Source of the DNA: a virus
Virus record (IMG/VR): IMGVR_UViG_3300005939_000012
Reading direction: 5' to 3' (one strand)
Length of the DNA stretch: 45,020 bases
The notes under the pieces were generated by a model. The model worked only from the letters and a program-made list of their open reading frames with translations, did no database searches and had not been told where the DNA came from. Made by a program: the position numbers and the translations under genes. Within the stretch, counting starts at the first letter, position 1. Each line of letters opens with the position of its first letter. Below, one piece after another: positions 1 to 8,810 of the stretch.

Positions 1-26
1 TCAATCCACCATTAACAGAAGAAGCA

Positions 27-614
27 GTGTATGTCCAATCTGTTAAAAATAGAATGAATGGCCAGTTAGTAGGAGAAGTTGGTCGGTACATTGAAAAAAT
101 GGCACCCAAAAGTGGACTTTCTCCAGAATACTTAGTTGAAAAATGTTTAGAGTATGATACGGATATTATATTTGTATTATCTCAAGCCTTATTGGAATCA
201 CATTTTGGAACTAGAGGTAAAGCCGCAGTAACTAATTCGGTTTGGAATGTTGGAACTTATGATGATGGGCAGATACTCTATAAATATAAGACTGCCAATG
301 AATCATTGGAACCATATCTTAAATTAGTTAATGACAAATATCTTATTGAAGTTACATCAAAAGGTGATACTATCTTTAAAGATTTAGCTCATTTGGTTCA
401 AGATAGGGGTTACACCAACTATGCTGGAAATAGATTTGCATCGGCAAGGGGTTATGAAAATGGTATGAGGAAGCTAATGGTACGAATTGATATGGAAACA
501 TCTATAGCATTCTATCAAGATATTCTTAGATTAAATACTCAAGAATTAATGGGTTTTTTCGGACCGGTTATACAAGATGAAATAGATCCAATGAAGTTTT
601 ATGCACTAAACTAA
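27..614 (+). CDS. putative peptidoglycan hydrolase (GH73 N-acetylglucosaminidase-like)
   Basis: The translation contains ALLESHFGTRGKA...NVGTYDDG, which resembles the GH73 ExxGWG region. The ORF may begin upstream of the window. Confidence 0.35.
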   Translation: MYVQSVKNRMNGQLVGEVGRYIEKMAPKSGLSPEYLVEKCLEYDTDIIFVLSQALLESHFGTRGKAAVTNSVWNVGTYDDGQILYKYKTANESLEPYLKLVNDKYLIEVTSKGDTIFKDLAHLVQDRGYTNYAGNRFASARGYENGMRKLMVRIDMETSIAFYQDILRLNTQELMGFFGPVIQDEIDPMKFYALN

Positions 615-619
615 AATAA

Positions 620-1240
620 ATGGCGACGATAGCACAGTTAAGAACAAAGTTTGACAAAGCAATATCTCATATTGAAAGAGATGGATTAAGTGAATTATTA
701 GCATGGTTAGAAAACGAAACAGATTTCTTCAGAGCACCTGCAAGTACGAAATTTCATGGAAATTATGATGGTGGTTTACTCCATCATAGTTTATTAGTTT
801 TAGAATTTGCATTAACAAATTTCAATTATTTATTAAAATATAAACCTGAATTAGAACATTTAAAGGAATCAATTATCATATCGGCGATATTTCATGATGT
901 TTGTAAAATTAACCAATATACGTGGGGAGAAGAAAAATGGATTAAAAAGAATGGAAAATGGTGTTCTTATAAAGGATATTCATTTAAAGATAATTTGCCA
1001 ATGGGACATGGTGAAAAATCAATTTTTTATATTTCTAAATTTTTAGAACTTACTACATCTGAAATATTGGCAATTCGGTGGCATATGGCCACATCCGAGC
1101 CTGGAACTCAGATTCCAGGTTTAACTATGTATTCATATAATCAAGCATTCGAAAATATTTTAGTTAAAATAATACATGCTTCAGATTTATTAGCACTTAC
1201 TGTAGAAGATACAATCGATTATGCTTCACAAGCAAAATAG
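620..1240 (+). CDS. HD-domain phosphohydrolase
   Basis: The translation has HHSLLV...IFHDVCK...RWHMAT, a H..HD..D-like arrangement. It ends in TAG. Confidence 0.45.
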   Translation: MATIAQLRTKFDKAISHIERDGLSELLAWLENETDFFRAPASTKFHGNYDGGLLHHSLLVLEFALTNFNYLLKYKPELEHLKESIIISAIFHDVCKINQYTWGEEKWIKKNGKWCSYKGYSFKDNLPMGHGEKSIFYISKFLELTTSEILAIRWHMATSEPGTQIPGLTMYSYNQAFENILVKIIHASDLLALTVEDTIDYASQAK

Positions 1241-1280
1241 TTGTAAAAACTTGTATAATTTCAGTGAATATATAGAATAT

Positions 1281-1457
1281 ATGGAAGATAAAAAATACAC
1301 CCAGAAAGAAATTTTAGAAATGTTTAGTATACATCGCCAAACTCTAAATAATTGGAGGAGAAATGGAACTATTAAATATGAAAAAATAAATAAAAGAAAG
1401 TTTTTATATTATCTTCCAGAAACTAAAATTATCCAGGAAGATGAAGAAAGAATATAA
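1281..1457 (+). CDS. small HTH DNA-binding protein (AlpA/MerR-like)
   Basis: KEILEMFSIHRQTLNNWRRNGTI is a helix-turn-helix motif. I trimmed the tool ORF 1221 to the internal ATG at 1281 to avoid overlap with the preceding CDS. Confidence 0.4.
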   Translation: MEDKKYTQKEILEMFSIHRQTLNNWRRNGTIKYEKINKRKFLYYLPETKIIQEDEERI

Positions 1458-2103
1458 TTATGTTTACATAACGACAAATTTAATTACATCTAGACAATAT
1501 GTAGGAGATCATTCGACAAATAATATTAATGATTCATATTTAGGGAGTGGTGATATTTTAAAAAAGAAAGTAAAAGAATATGGTAAGGAAAATTTTAAAA
1601 GAGAAATATTAGAATTCTTTGATTCTAAAAAAGAAGCATTTGTTGCCCAAGAAAAATATATTAATCTATATAAGTCGCATGTTTCTCAAGGAGGATATAA
1701 CATAAGTTGGAAAGGTGGACATAATGTAAAAGATTGCATTTCTGAAGAAACTAAGAAAAAAATAAGTAAATCAGAAAAGGGTAAAAAAATATCTGATGAG
1801 CATAAATTAAAAATTTCTAAATTTAATAAAGGAAAAACTTTATCAAAAGAACATATAGAAAAATTAATTAATTATAATACTGGAAGGGTTGTATCAAAGA
1901 AAACTAGAGAAAAAATTAGTAAAAGTAAAACAGGTGTTCCGTTATCATTAGAACACAAAAAGAAAATTAATCATGAAGGTATAAAAAACCCCATGTATGG
2001 AAAAACTCATTCAAACGAATCAAAAGAAAAAATGAGAAAAAGAAAAGAAGGGTTTGTGGCGTGGAATAAAGGTCTTAATACAAAATCATTAAAGAAACGA
2101 TAA
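1441..2103 (+). CDS. GIY-YIG homing endonuclease with NUMOD3 repeats
   Basis: YVYITTN...YVGDHS...LGSGDILKKKVKEYGKENF is a GIY-YIG core. Repeated GK..S.EHK..IS blocks are NUMOD3-like. Confidence 0.75.
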   Translation: MKKEYNYVYITTNLITSRQYVGDHSTNNINDSYLGSGDILKKKVKEYGKENFKREILEFFDSKKEAFVAQEKYINLYKSHVSQGGYNISWKGGHNVKDCISEETKKKISKSEKGKKISDEHKLKISKFNKGKTLSKEHIEKLINYNTGRVVSKKTREKISKSKTGVPLSLEHKKKINHEGIKNPMYGKTHSNESKEKMRKRKEGFVAWNKGLNTKSLKKR

Positions 2104-2175
2104 CATATTCTTAACAGTATAAATTTTCTAATCACAGAGTTTTTAATTATATTAGCTTAGTAACTTATTAAAAAT

Positions 2176-2427
2176 ATGAAGAATAGTACAGATTTGCATA
2201 TCCAATATAAAATGGAAACCGGAGAATGGCATCAATGGGAAGAAAGATCAACCGGAGAATTTCACTCTCAATTATGGTACTCAAGAGAATATGCGTTATG
2301 GTTAGAAGAAAAGTTACTCGAAAAACACAAACATCAGGAAACAGTTGAAGAATTATTAATTAGGATTCAAAATCTCGAAGATGAAGTAGAATTTTGGATT
2401 GAAGAACATAATAGATTAGATCAATAA
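2176..2427 (+). CDS. hypothetical protein
   Basis: 83 aa ORF with no recognisable motif. Confidence 0.4.
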   Translation: MKNSTDLHIQYKMETGEWHQWEERSTGEFHSQLWYSREYALWLEEKLLEKHKHQETVEELLIRIQNLEDEVEFWIEEHNRLDQ

Positions 2428-2461
2428 CAAACACATAATAATTATTTAAACAAACAGACAA

Positions 2462-3007
2462 ATGGAAAAATTACAAATTTTATATATTTTATTAGCCGCA
2501 GTAGGAGCATTCGTTTTAGTGCTATCTATATTTGGTGGTGAAGCAGATGCAGAAATTGATATAGGTGGGGATTTTGATATTTCCGATGCAGAATCTCCTT
2601 CCGATTCAGTAAGTGTATTTTCACTAAGAACGCTTGCAACCTTTATGTTAGGTTTTGGAATGGCTGGATGGTCAGTAATGAAAGGGGATGGTGGAATTAC
2701 TGCTCAAATACTTGCAGGCTTTGGTGCCGGTTTGGTTATCTCTTTTCTATATTATTTAGTAATGAGGTTTTTCTTTAGTATGCAAGGAAGTTCAATGCCT
2801 ACAGCAAAAGCAATAATGGGGAAACAAGGAATTGTAGCGATCCCTACTACTTCAACTGGGGTAGCTCAGATAAAAGTAAAAACAGTGACGGGATATTCGG
2901 ATTATACTTGTAAAGAAGTAAATGGAAAGAAACTTGCACAAAATGATATAGTCAAAATAACTTCGGTAGAAAACGGAATGGCTGTTATTATAGTTGAAAA
3001 AATTTAA
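2462..3007 (+). CDS. NfeD-like membrane protein (SPFH partner)
   Basis: It has N-terminal TM helices and a C-terminal beta-rich segment, GIVAIP...VKITSVENGMAVI. It sits directly upstream of the SPFH gene, as in yuaF-yuaG type operons. Confidence 0.55.
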   Translation: MEKLQILYILLAAVGAFVLVLSIFGGEADAEIDIGGDFDISDAESPSDSVSVFSLRTLATFMLGFGMAGWSVMKGDGGITAQILAGFGAGLVISFLYYLVMRFFFSMQGSSMPTAKAIMGKQGIVAIPTTSTGVAQIKVKTVTGYSDYTCKEVNGKKLAQNDIVKITSVENGMAVIIVEKI

Positions 3008-3050
3008 CAATTCACATATTTACTAATATTAATTTTAAACACAAAAACAA

Positions 3051-4601
3051 ATGGAAAATTTAATGACAGTAGGCTTATGGTTAGGTGGAGGAATAGTTAT
3101 TCTTCTTTCTCTATGGGCTTTTTTAGCTAAAAATTATTTTAAGGTTCCGCCTAATGAGGCAGCTATAATTTTTGGACGTAACAATAAATCAAGTGATGGA
3201 ACCAAAAAGGGATATCGCCTTGTAACAGGTGGTGGTGTATTTAAAATCCCCTTCTTTGAAAGTGTGGAATTTATGGATCTATCCAACAGGATGCTACCTA
3301 TTAAAGTAGCGGATGCTCCTAACGTTGATGGTGTAATGACAACCATTGATGGTAATGCCAACGTAAAGTTTGCCAGTGATAAAGGTCTGCTTGAAATGGC
3401 AGTTGAACGTTTCCTTGGAAAAGATGAAGATTATATTAATAAGAACATCCATGAAAACTTACAAGGACACCTTAGAGCTGTTGTTGGTAAAATGAAAATG
3501 GAAGAACTTATCAATGATAAGACTAAATTGAACCAAGCGGTACTTGAGGAAGCCAATGAGGATTTCCTAAAGATGGGTATCAAAATTGATTTTATCAATA
3601 TCCAGGATATTTCTGATAATGATAATTATATTGAGAATATGGGTAAGAAACGTGCAGCTGAAATCCAAAGAGATGCGGATATTGGTGAAGCTGAAGCCCA
3701 AAGGGATGCGTTGAAGAAAACATCTATTGCTGAAAAGGAAGGTATTGAAGTTGCTAACGTTAACCAAGTGAGGATTGCGGAATCTAATAGAGAACGTGAT
3801 GTTGTAAGAGCTCAAATGAAAGGTCAAGTTGACAAAGAAAATGAGGTTGCCAATCAGGCTGGACCGAAATCACAGGCCATGGCCATGAAGGATGTTGTTG
3901 TTGAACAAGCTAAGACTGCTGCCGCTAAGGAAGAAGCCGAAGTAATGGTTCAAAAGAAAAGAGCTTTGAAAGAAGTAGAACGTTGGAATGCTGAGAAGAT
4001 TGTTCCTGCTGAAGCGGATAAATTGGCAAGAATTGTTACTGCAGAAGGTACAAGGAATGCATTGGTTATTAATGCGGAAGGTGAAAGAGACGCTGTTGCA
4101 ACCAGAGCAAAGGGTGAAGCCGATGCGGTATTGTTTAAGAAAGAAGCGGAAGCGAAAGGTAATGCTGCCATCGTAAGAGAGGCTGGTCTTGCTGAAGCTG
4201 CTGCAATTGAGGCCAAAGGTCTTGCTGAAGCTGCTGCGATTGATGCTAAGGCACTTGCATATGAGAAATTGGATGAAACTGGTAAGTTCCTTGAAGTACT
4301 TGAGGCCCTACAAACTCTTGCTCCGGCAGTTGTTAAGGAATTCGCAGGTGTTATGGGAGCAGCATCCGCTCACCTATCTAATGTGGATGAAATCAAGGTT
4401 ATCGACTTTGGCGGAAATGGAGCTGGCGGTGCCGGTTCAGTAGCCAAATTAGGAACCGCTCCGGTAGAGATACTTAATAAGTTCTTTGCAGGTCTTGATG
4501 GAACTGGATTTGATATCTCCAAACTACTTGGTGGCCTAGGTGTAAAAACCGATGATGGTTTCCCAACAGTTGAGGAAGCTGAAAAGAAAACTAAAAAGTA
4601 G
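3051..4601 (+). CDS. flotillin-like SPFH/band-7 protein
   Basis: It has an N-terminal TM segment and an SPFH-like region. Long EA-rich repeats (AEAAAIEAKGLAEAAAIDAKA) are typical of FloT/YuaG flotillins. It ends in TAG with TGA 9 codons later. Confidence 0.7.
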   Translation: MENLMTVGLWLGGGIVILLSLWAFLAKNYFKVPPNEAAIIFGRNNKSSDGTKKGYRLVTGGGVFKIPFFESVEFMDLSNRMLPIKVADAPNVDGVMTTIDGNANVKFASDKGLLEMAVERFLGKDEDYINKNIHENLQGHLRAVVGKMKMEELINDKTKLNQAVLEEANEDFLKMGIKIDFINIQDISDNDNYIENMGKKRAAEIQRDADIGEAEAQRDALKKTSIAEKEGIEVANVNQVRIAESNRERDVVRAQMKGQVDKENEVANQAGPKSQAMAMKDVVVEQAKTAAAKEEAEVMVQKKRALKEVERWNAEKIVPAEADKLARIVTAEGTRNALVINAEGERDAVATRAKGEADAVLFKKEAEAKGNAAIVREAGLAEAAAIEAKGLAEAAAIDAKALAYEKLDETGKFLEVLEALQTLAPAVVKEFAGVMGAASAHLSNVDEIKVIDFGGNGAGGAGSVAKLGTAPVEILNKFFAGLDGTGFDISKLLGGLGVKTDDGFPTVEEAEKKTKK

Positions 4602-4628
4602 AAATACTTTTTAAATATGTGTATGTGA

Positions 4629-4665
4629 AAAGCCCTAATGATTATTTCATTGGGGCTTTTTTTAT
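4629..4665 (+). terminator. rho-independent terminator
   Basis: AGCCCTAATG-ATTATTT-CATTGGGGCT forms a stem-loop and is followed by TTTTTTT. Confidence 0.7.
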
Positions 4666-4693
4666 TTGAATAAATAAAATAAATTAATCATTA

Positions 4694-5245
4694 ATGAAAA
4701 TAGTAAGAGAAAGCCTAACAGGGAAAGTTAATGATATTCCAAAAAATAAATGGAATGATGTAGAAGAAGATAATTATACAGAAGATTTAATTAAACTAGT
4801 ACAAATTGCGTATAAAAAATCTACAGAAGGATCATTTATTAATACTAAAAAAGATGTTGCTCAATCAGATTGGTATTCTATAGATTTTGATAACAATCCA
4901 GATTTAGATGCGACAATATTTTATAGAGGTCCAAGAGAAAATGAAACATGGACAGGATATAAAATTCAAGGATTAGGACACGATGGTTCTAAAGAAGCCA
5001 TTGGCGTAATGTTAAAAAGATTAAAAATGCTATTATCTAAAAATAGTGTTTGGGTTGAAGCATCAGAAGCAGTTGAGCATGTTCTATATAAAATGGGAGC
5101 TCCTTTTGTTGATGATGAAATTCTTGCCCAAGATATATTTCCAACAGCAGATCTTAAATTTTTAAATGATAGAGGAAAATATACAAGAAACGTTGGAGGT
5201 AAAAAAGTAAAAGAAACTATATTTGGGAAACCCAAATTGAAATAA
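4694..5245 (+). CDS. hypothetical protein
   Basis: 183 aa ORF. Confidence 0.45.
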   Translation: MKIVRESLTGKVNDIPKNKWNDVEEDNYTEDLIKLVQIAYKKSTEGSFINTKKDVAQSDWYSIDFDNNPDLDATIFYRGPRENETWTGYKIQGLGHDGSKEAIGVMLKRLKMLLSKNSVWVEASEAVEHVLYKMGAPFVDDEILAQDIFPTADLKFLNDRGKYTRNVGGKKVKETIFGKPKLK

Positions 5246-5255
5246 CTAAATAATT

Positions 5256-5558
5256 ATGAAAGCAAAAACAATAAAAGAATCATTGGGCACTTCTCAGCCA
5301 TCTAATGTTAAGATAAGTAATCCTATTAATAAAGGTGTAGGTGTATCTAAGGGTGCTCTGAATATTTCAGAGGGTACTACATGGGATCACCAAAAGGTAC
5401 AAACATTTTTGAAGGATTTTGAAGGCATGGAGCAATTTGGAGAGGATGAAGCTTTTGATATAGCAGATGGTATTTTGGGAGATGAACCAGAATTAGTGGC
5501 TTATCTTGCAACTAAAGGAATTACTGATGCAGTAGGTTGGTTAGCAAATAAAATATAA
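5256..5558 (+). CDS. hypothetical protein
   Basis: 100 aa ORF. Confidence 0.4.
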   Translation: MKAKTIKESLGTSQPSNVKISNPINKGVGVSKGALNISEGTTWDHQKVQTFLKDFEGMEQFGEDEAFDIADGILGDEPELVAYLATKGITDAVGWLANKI

Positions 5559-5572
5559 ATAAATACCCAAAT

Positions 5573-5604
5573 ATTTTTTTATCCCAATTATTATTGTTAT
5601 ATTA
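5573..5604 (+). promoter_or_regulatory. conserved phage promoter-like motif (TTTTTTATCCCAA-N8-GTTATATTA)
   Basis: The motif lies upstream of ORF 5621. It recurs at least 10 times in the window. Confidence 0.5.
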
Positions 5605-5620
5605 ATTCAAATTCAAAGAC

Positions 5621-5911
5621 ATGAAGACATTCAATATCAAATACGAAATTCATCTTAAGGATGGAAATGTAATAAAGGATAAGGAAATTAATGTTAAAAA
5701 ATGTGAGTTTGGTGTAGAAGCACAATGCAAGCTTGAAAACTATTTAAAAAAGAAATATCCAAACTTTAAAAAAATAGTAGTAATTTCCTGTAAAGAAGAT
5801 GTAATGTCAATATTTGATGATATGTTTGGAAAAGATGGAGGACCTTTTGGAGATATGTTTAATGGCTTGGGTGATCTTACAGCCGGCGGAGCACCATTTG
5901 GAAAGAATTAA
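5621..5911 (+). CDS. hypothetical protein
   Basis: 96 aa ORF with a Gly-rich C-terminus. Confidence 0.4.
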   Translation: MKTFNIKYEIHLKDGNVIKDKEINVKKCEFGVEAQCKLENYLKKKYPNFKKIVVISCKEDVMSIFDDMFGKDGGPFGDMFNGLGDLTAGGAPFGKN

Positions 5912-5957
5912 AAGAGAATAGGAAAAAAGTTTTAAAAAATCGTAAATAAATAACTAA

Positions 5958-6251
5958 ATGCAGCACCAGTTTTTTCAAGGTTTTGTTCCACAACAAGAAA
6001 TGGTCAAACAAGGCACAAATACGACCCCGGAACTAAAGCACAATGAACTTGTAATGGAGATGTACGCTAATTGGGAATTTGTTATCAAATTAGTGGAAAG
6101 AGCAGTAGGTCAACCAGAAATAAATGTTGATCCCATGGAAATGGACTGGCTTAACTTCATTAACCAAAATAAAATCGATATAAAATCCTACGAAAGTAAT
6201 GAAGATTTTATCGAAAAAAATCTTAAACCGTTGGTTAGAGATAAAAAGTAA
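5958..6251 (+). CDS. hypothetical protein
   Basis: 97 aa ORF. Confidence 0.4.
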   Translation: MQHQFFQGFVPQQEMVKQGTNTTPELKHNELVMEMYANWEFVIKLVERAVGQPEINVDPMEMDWLNFINQNKIDIKSYESNEDFIEKNLKPLVRDKK

Positions 6252-6265
6252 AATTTGAACTAAAA

Positions 6266-6541
6266 ATGAGTGAACCTGTTTTTGTACCAGTAAAAAAAGT
6301 TTTGAGAATTATAAACTCTTGCGAAACTAATGATCAATTAGAAAATTGCGAAAAACTAATTAACAATTATGTTAAACAAGTTAAGAAAAAAGGAGTAGTT
6401 AATCCGGAAATGCTGAAAAAAAGATTAATGAAAGAATACAAACAAAAACAATTTCAATTAAATATGATTAGATCTTTTATACAAAGAGATATTGAGGAAT
6501 TTTCTAAAGAACTTAATAAAGAGATAGTTAACGTAGGTTAG
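6266..6541 (+). CDS. hypothetical protein
   Basis: 91 aa ORF ending in TAG. Confidence 0.4.
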   Translation: MSEPVFVPVKKVLRIINSCETNDQLENCEKLINNYVKQVKKKGVVNPEMLKKRLMKEYKQKQFQLNMIRSFIQRDIEEFSKELNKEIVNVG

Positions 6542-6572
6542 AAAAATAAATTGAAAATAATTGCAAATAAAT

Positions 6573-6603
6573 TTTTTTATCCCAATTAAAAGTATTATAT
6601 TAT
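6573..6603 (+). promoter_or_regulatory. conserved promoter-like motif
   Basis: TTTTTTTATCCCAATTAAAAGTATTATATTA. Confidence 0.45.
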
Positions 6604-6835
6604 ATCAGTAAGTAAAACAAAACAATTGCAACAAGTATTAAAACTTTATATGGTTCGCGCCATATATAATTAAACAACATTATTAAAATGAGAACTTATC
6701 AATCATATCAATCACTTGAACTACTCGAACAGGAATGTTTTGAGCAGTTACCCGAGTATCCATTTTGTGGATCGAGGAGTGGTAGTACTGAAGGATAAGA
6801 TATGAAGAAATAATAAACATATATAATTCATCAAC

Positions 6836-6869
6836 AACCCTCCTGGTATTTACTACGGAGGGTTTTTTT
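6836..6869 (+). terminator. rho-independent terminator
   Basis: CCCTCC...GGAGGG stem followed by TTTTTTT. Confidence 0.75.
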
Positions 6870-6938
6870 ATGTCTAATTTATACATTAAGTGGTCAAAGG
6901 CATAAGTCTATTAGAAATAAATAAAATAAAACTAATAG

Positions 6939-7541
6939 ATGAAAAAAGAAAAATGTGATTTATGTGGTTATGAAATTTTTGTTACAAATATTAAAAAACA
7001 TAAAGAATATTGTAATGGAGAAGGACCAAAAAGATTAAGAAAAGGAAGAGGACAGGGATGGAATAAAGGAAAAACTTTATCAAAAGACCAGAAATTAAAA
7101 ATAAGTAAAACAAATAAAGCTAATCCTAATGTAAATGGAAAAGCTAAAACAAAAAAAGCTGAAGAAGAAAGAAGAAAGAAAATAGCAGTAGCAATGAAAG
7201 GAAATAAAAATGGTGCTACTGCCTTTAGAAGACAGAATATAATGTACAAAAATACTCATTTTAAATCTAAATGGGAAGTTAATACAGCAAAGTTCTTTGA
7301 TAAAAATGAAATTAAATGGAAGTATGAAGATAAAACTTATGATTTGTCTGAAACTACTTCATATAATCCAGATTTTTCTTTATATGAAAATGGAGTATTC
7401 ATTAAACATATAGAAGTTAAAGGATATTTTCGAAAAGAAAATAAAGAAAAATTTGAAAAATTTAAAGAGTTATATCCTGACATTAAAGTAGAATTATGGG
7501 ACAAACAAGTTTTACTTAAGCATGGAATTTCTCTTGGATAA
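6939..7541 (+). CDS. homing-endonuclease-like protein (Zn-ribbon + PD-(D/E)xK-like C-terminal domain)
   Basis: It has an N-terminal C..C....C Zn-ribbon, a basic NUMOD-like middle region, and a C-terminal YNPDF...IEVKGY PD-ExK motif. It is adjacent to the tRNA array. Confidence 0.5.
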   Translation: MKKEKCDLCGYEIFVTNIKKHKEYCNGEGPKRLRKGRGQGWNKGKTLSKDQKLKISKTNKANPNVNGKAKTKKAEEERRKKIAVAMKGNKNGATAFRRQNIMYKNTHFKSKWEVNTAKFFDKNEIKWKYEDKTYDLSETTSYNPDFSLYENGVFIKHIEVKGYFRKENKEKFEKFKELYPDIKVELWDKQVLLKHGISLG

Positions 7542-7542
7542 T

Positions 7543-7613
7543 GGTCCGTTGGCCGAGTGGTTAGGTGTGGCTCTGCAAAAGCTAAGACCCCAGTTCGAAT
7601 CTGGGATGGACCT
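7543..7613 (+). tRNA. tRNA-Cys(GCA)
   Basis: Hand-folded cloverleaf: acceptor GGTCCGT/ATGGACC, anticodon loop CTGCAAA, T-loop TTCGAAT. Confidence 0.7.
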
Positions 7614-7623
7614 CAACAAATAT

Positions 7624-7704
7624 TGCCCTGTAGTATAATGGAGCGTAAGCGTAACACGTCGGGTTTTGACCCCGGAGAAAAAGGTTCGATTCCTTTTAGG
7701 GTAA
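7624..7704 (+). tRNA. tRNA-like, 81 nt, anticodon loop TTTTGAC (TTG); aberrant D region
   Basis: The acceptor, anticodon arm (TCGGG/CCCGG) and T-arm fold well. The D region carries a tandem GCGTAAGCGTAA and cannot be folded canonically. It may be a pseudogene or carry an insert. Confidence 0.35.
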
Positions 7705-7881
7705 CTAGTTCTTTAAAATATAATCTGTAGTAATATAAAAGCTACTTCGATGTAAAACTAGCGCCTTAAGTGGCATTGGAGGTGAAAACCCTTCTGTCCC
7801 CACCAATTATAACCGGGGATATGGCGAAAAATAAAGACGCACTAGATAGAAAAAATCTTTTATGATTTTCTCAGATTAAAT

Positions 7882-7953
7882 TGTCCCCTGGTGTAATGGT
7901 TAGCACATGTGGTTTTGGTCCACACGGTCGGAGTTCGAGTCTTCGGGGGATAA
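7882..7953 (+). tRNA. tRNA-Gln(TTG)
   Basis: The D-arm TGGTGTAATGGTTAGCAC is Gln-like. The anticodon stem is TGTGG/CCACA with loop TTTTGGT. Confidence 0.7.
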
Positions 7954-7984
7954 CTAAAAGGGTACTTTGACGTATTGTAATAAT

Positions 7985-8057
7985 GTGGTGGTAGCTCAGT
8001 CGGTAGAGCACTTGGTTGAAGCCCAAGGTGTCGGTGGTTCGATTCCTCCTCATCACA
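7985..8057 (+). tRNA. tRNA-Phe(GAA)
   Basis: TAGCTCAGTCGGTAGAGCA D-arm, anticodon loop TTGAAGC. Confidence 0.75.
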
Positions 8058-8064
8058 CAACAAC

Positions 8065-8142
8065 GTGGCAATGGCAGAGATAAGCTGGTCAATGCACCCG
8101 GTTGAAGCCCGGGATATAGTGGTTCGAGTCCACTTTGCCACA
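8065..8142 (+). tRNA. tRNA with anticodon GAA, enlarged D region (78 nt)
   Basis: Acceptor GTGGCAA/TTGCCAC, anticodon arm CCCGG-TTGAAGC-CCGGG, good T-arm. About 5 extra nt lie in the D region. Confidence 0.5.
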
Positions 8143-8210
8143 CAACCAGTTTAAAAATGTTTTGATAAGGTTATTCAGAGTAACCAAAATAAAACATTTT
8201 TAAACTAAAT

Positions 8211-8292
8211 GAGTCAGTTGGGCAATTGGTGGCCCGCCGGATTGTAGCTCCGGTTCTTAATCGACTTGTAGGTTCGACCCCTACCTGGCTCA
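8211..8292 (+). tRNA. tRNA-Tyr(GTA), class II (bacterial type)
   Basis: Anticodon loop TTGTAGC, long variable arm, T-loop TTCGACC. Confidence 0.7.
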
Positions 8293-8310
8293 CTAAGTAG
8301 TAGTAATTAG

Positions 8311-8390
8311 AAGAGTTACTTCGCGTGTAATGGTAGCACAATTGTCCGTAAAACAATCTGAACGGTTCAAATCCGTCTTGTAAAACTCTC
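8311..8390 (+). tRNA. tRNA-like element, unresolved (possible pseudogene)
   Basis: It has a Gln-like D-arm GTGTAATGGTAGCAC, a stem ATTGT/ACAAT with loop CCGTAAA and a T-arm GG-TTCAAAT-CC. No 7-bp acceptor stem could be built. Confidence 0.3.
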
Positions 8391-8412
8391 TTGCTTTTCT
8401 CTACTTTATTTA

Positions 8413-8491
8413 CGAGCAGCGATCCAATTAGGCGTGGTTACCTCACTTGGAATGAGGGTTATTGAAGGTTCGAATCCTTTCTGCTCGACCA
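8413..8491 (+). tRNA. tRNA-Pro(TGG) with encoded CCA
   Basis: Perfect acceptor CGAGCAG/CTGCTCG followed by A-CCA. Anticodon arm CCTCA-CTTGGAA-TGAGG. The D region is 2 nt long. Confidence 0.6.
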
Positions 8492-8528
8492 AAACTTTTT
8501 GTTGGCCTGAAATGGTTAGTTAAAATTT

Positions 8529-8603
8529 GCCAATATTCCGGACGTTGGAATACGGGTGGGGCTTAGACCCTCATTTTCAAGGGTTCGATTCCCTTTATTG
8601 GCA
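8529..8603 (+). tRNA. class I tRNA with anticodon TAG
   Basis: Perfect acceptor GCCAATA/TATTGGC. Anticodon arm TGGGG-CTTAGAC-CCTCA with a 5-nt variable loop. The short variable loop makes it not a Leu-type tRNA. Confidence 0.55.
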
Positions 8604-8683
8604 CAATAAATTTATTCTCTTTACCTTTGGTCTGGAGTGTACAAAGGCTTTCTTGGTTGAGCCAGCAAATCAACCAATATTTT

Positions 8684-8765
8684 GCCCTTATAGCAAAATG
8701 GTAAAGCACTGGTTTTAAGCGCCAGGGTCATTGCGACAGTATGAGTTCGATTCTCATTGGGGGCA
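8684..8765 (+). tRNA. tRNA-Leu(TAA), class II
   Basis: Anticodon loop TTTAAGC, 15-nt variable arm, T-arm ATGAG/CTCAT. Confidence 0.7.
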
Positions 8766-8810
8766 CAATGGTAAAATTGGGAATACACATGTGAATATAT
8801 AAAATAAAAC

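Noticed and set aside
3134-4216. Minus-strand ORFs 3134-3361, 3567-3827 and 3950-4216, and plus-strand ORFs 3988-4176 and 4189-4443, all inside the flotillin gene.
   Set aside because: They are fully embedded in a long, well-supported CDS. Their low-complexity translations (Ala/Ser/Leu runs) mirror the EA-repeat region on the coding strand. They are spurious.
6968-7249. Minus-strand ORFs 6968-7249, 9185-9379, 30149-30349, 30607-30921, 32693-33043 and 33712-34005, and the other antisense ORFs inside confident plus-strand genes.
   Set aside because: They lie antisense within genes that have clear domain assignments. The AT-rich sequence makes long antisense stop-free frames common.
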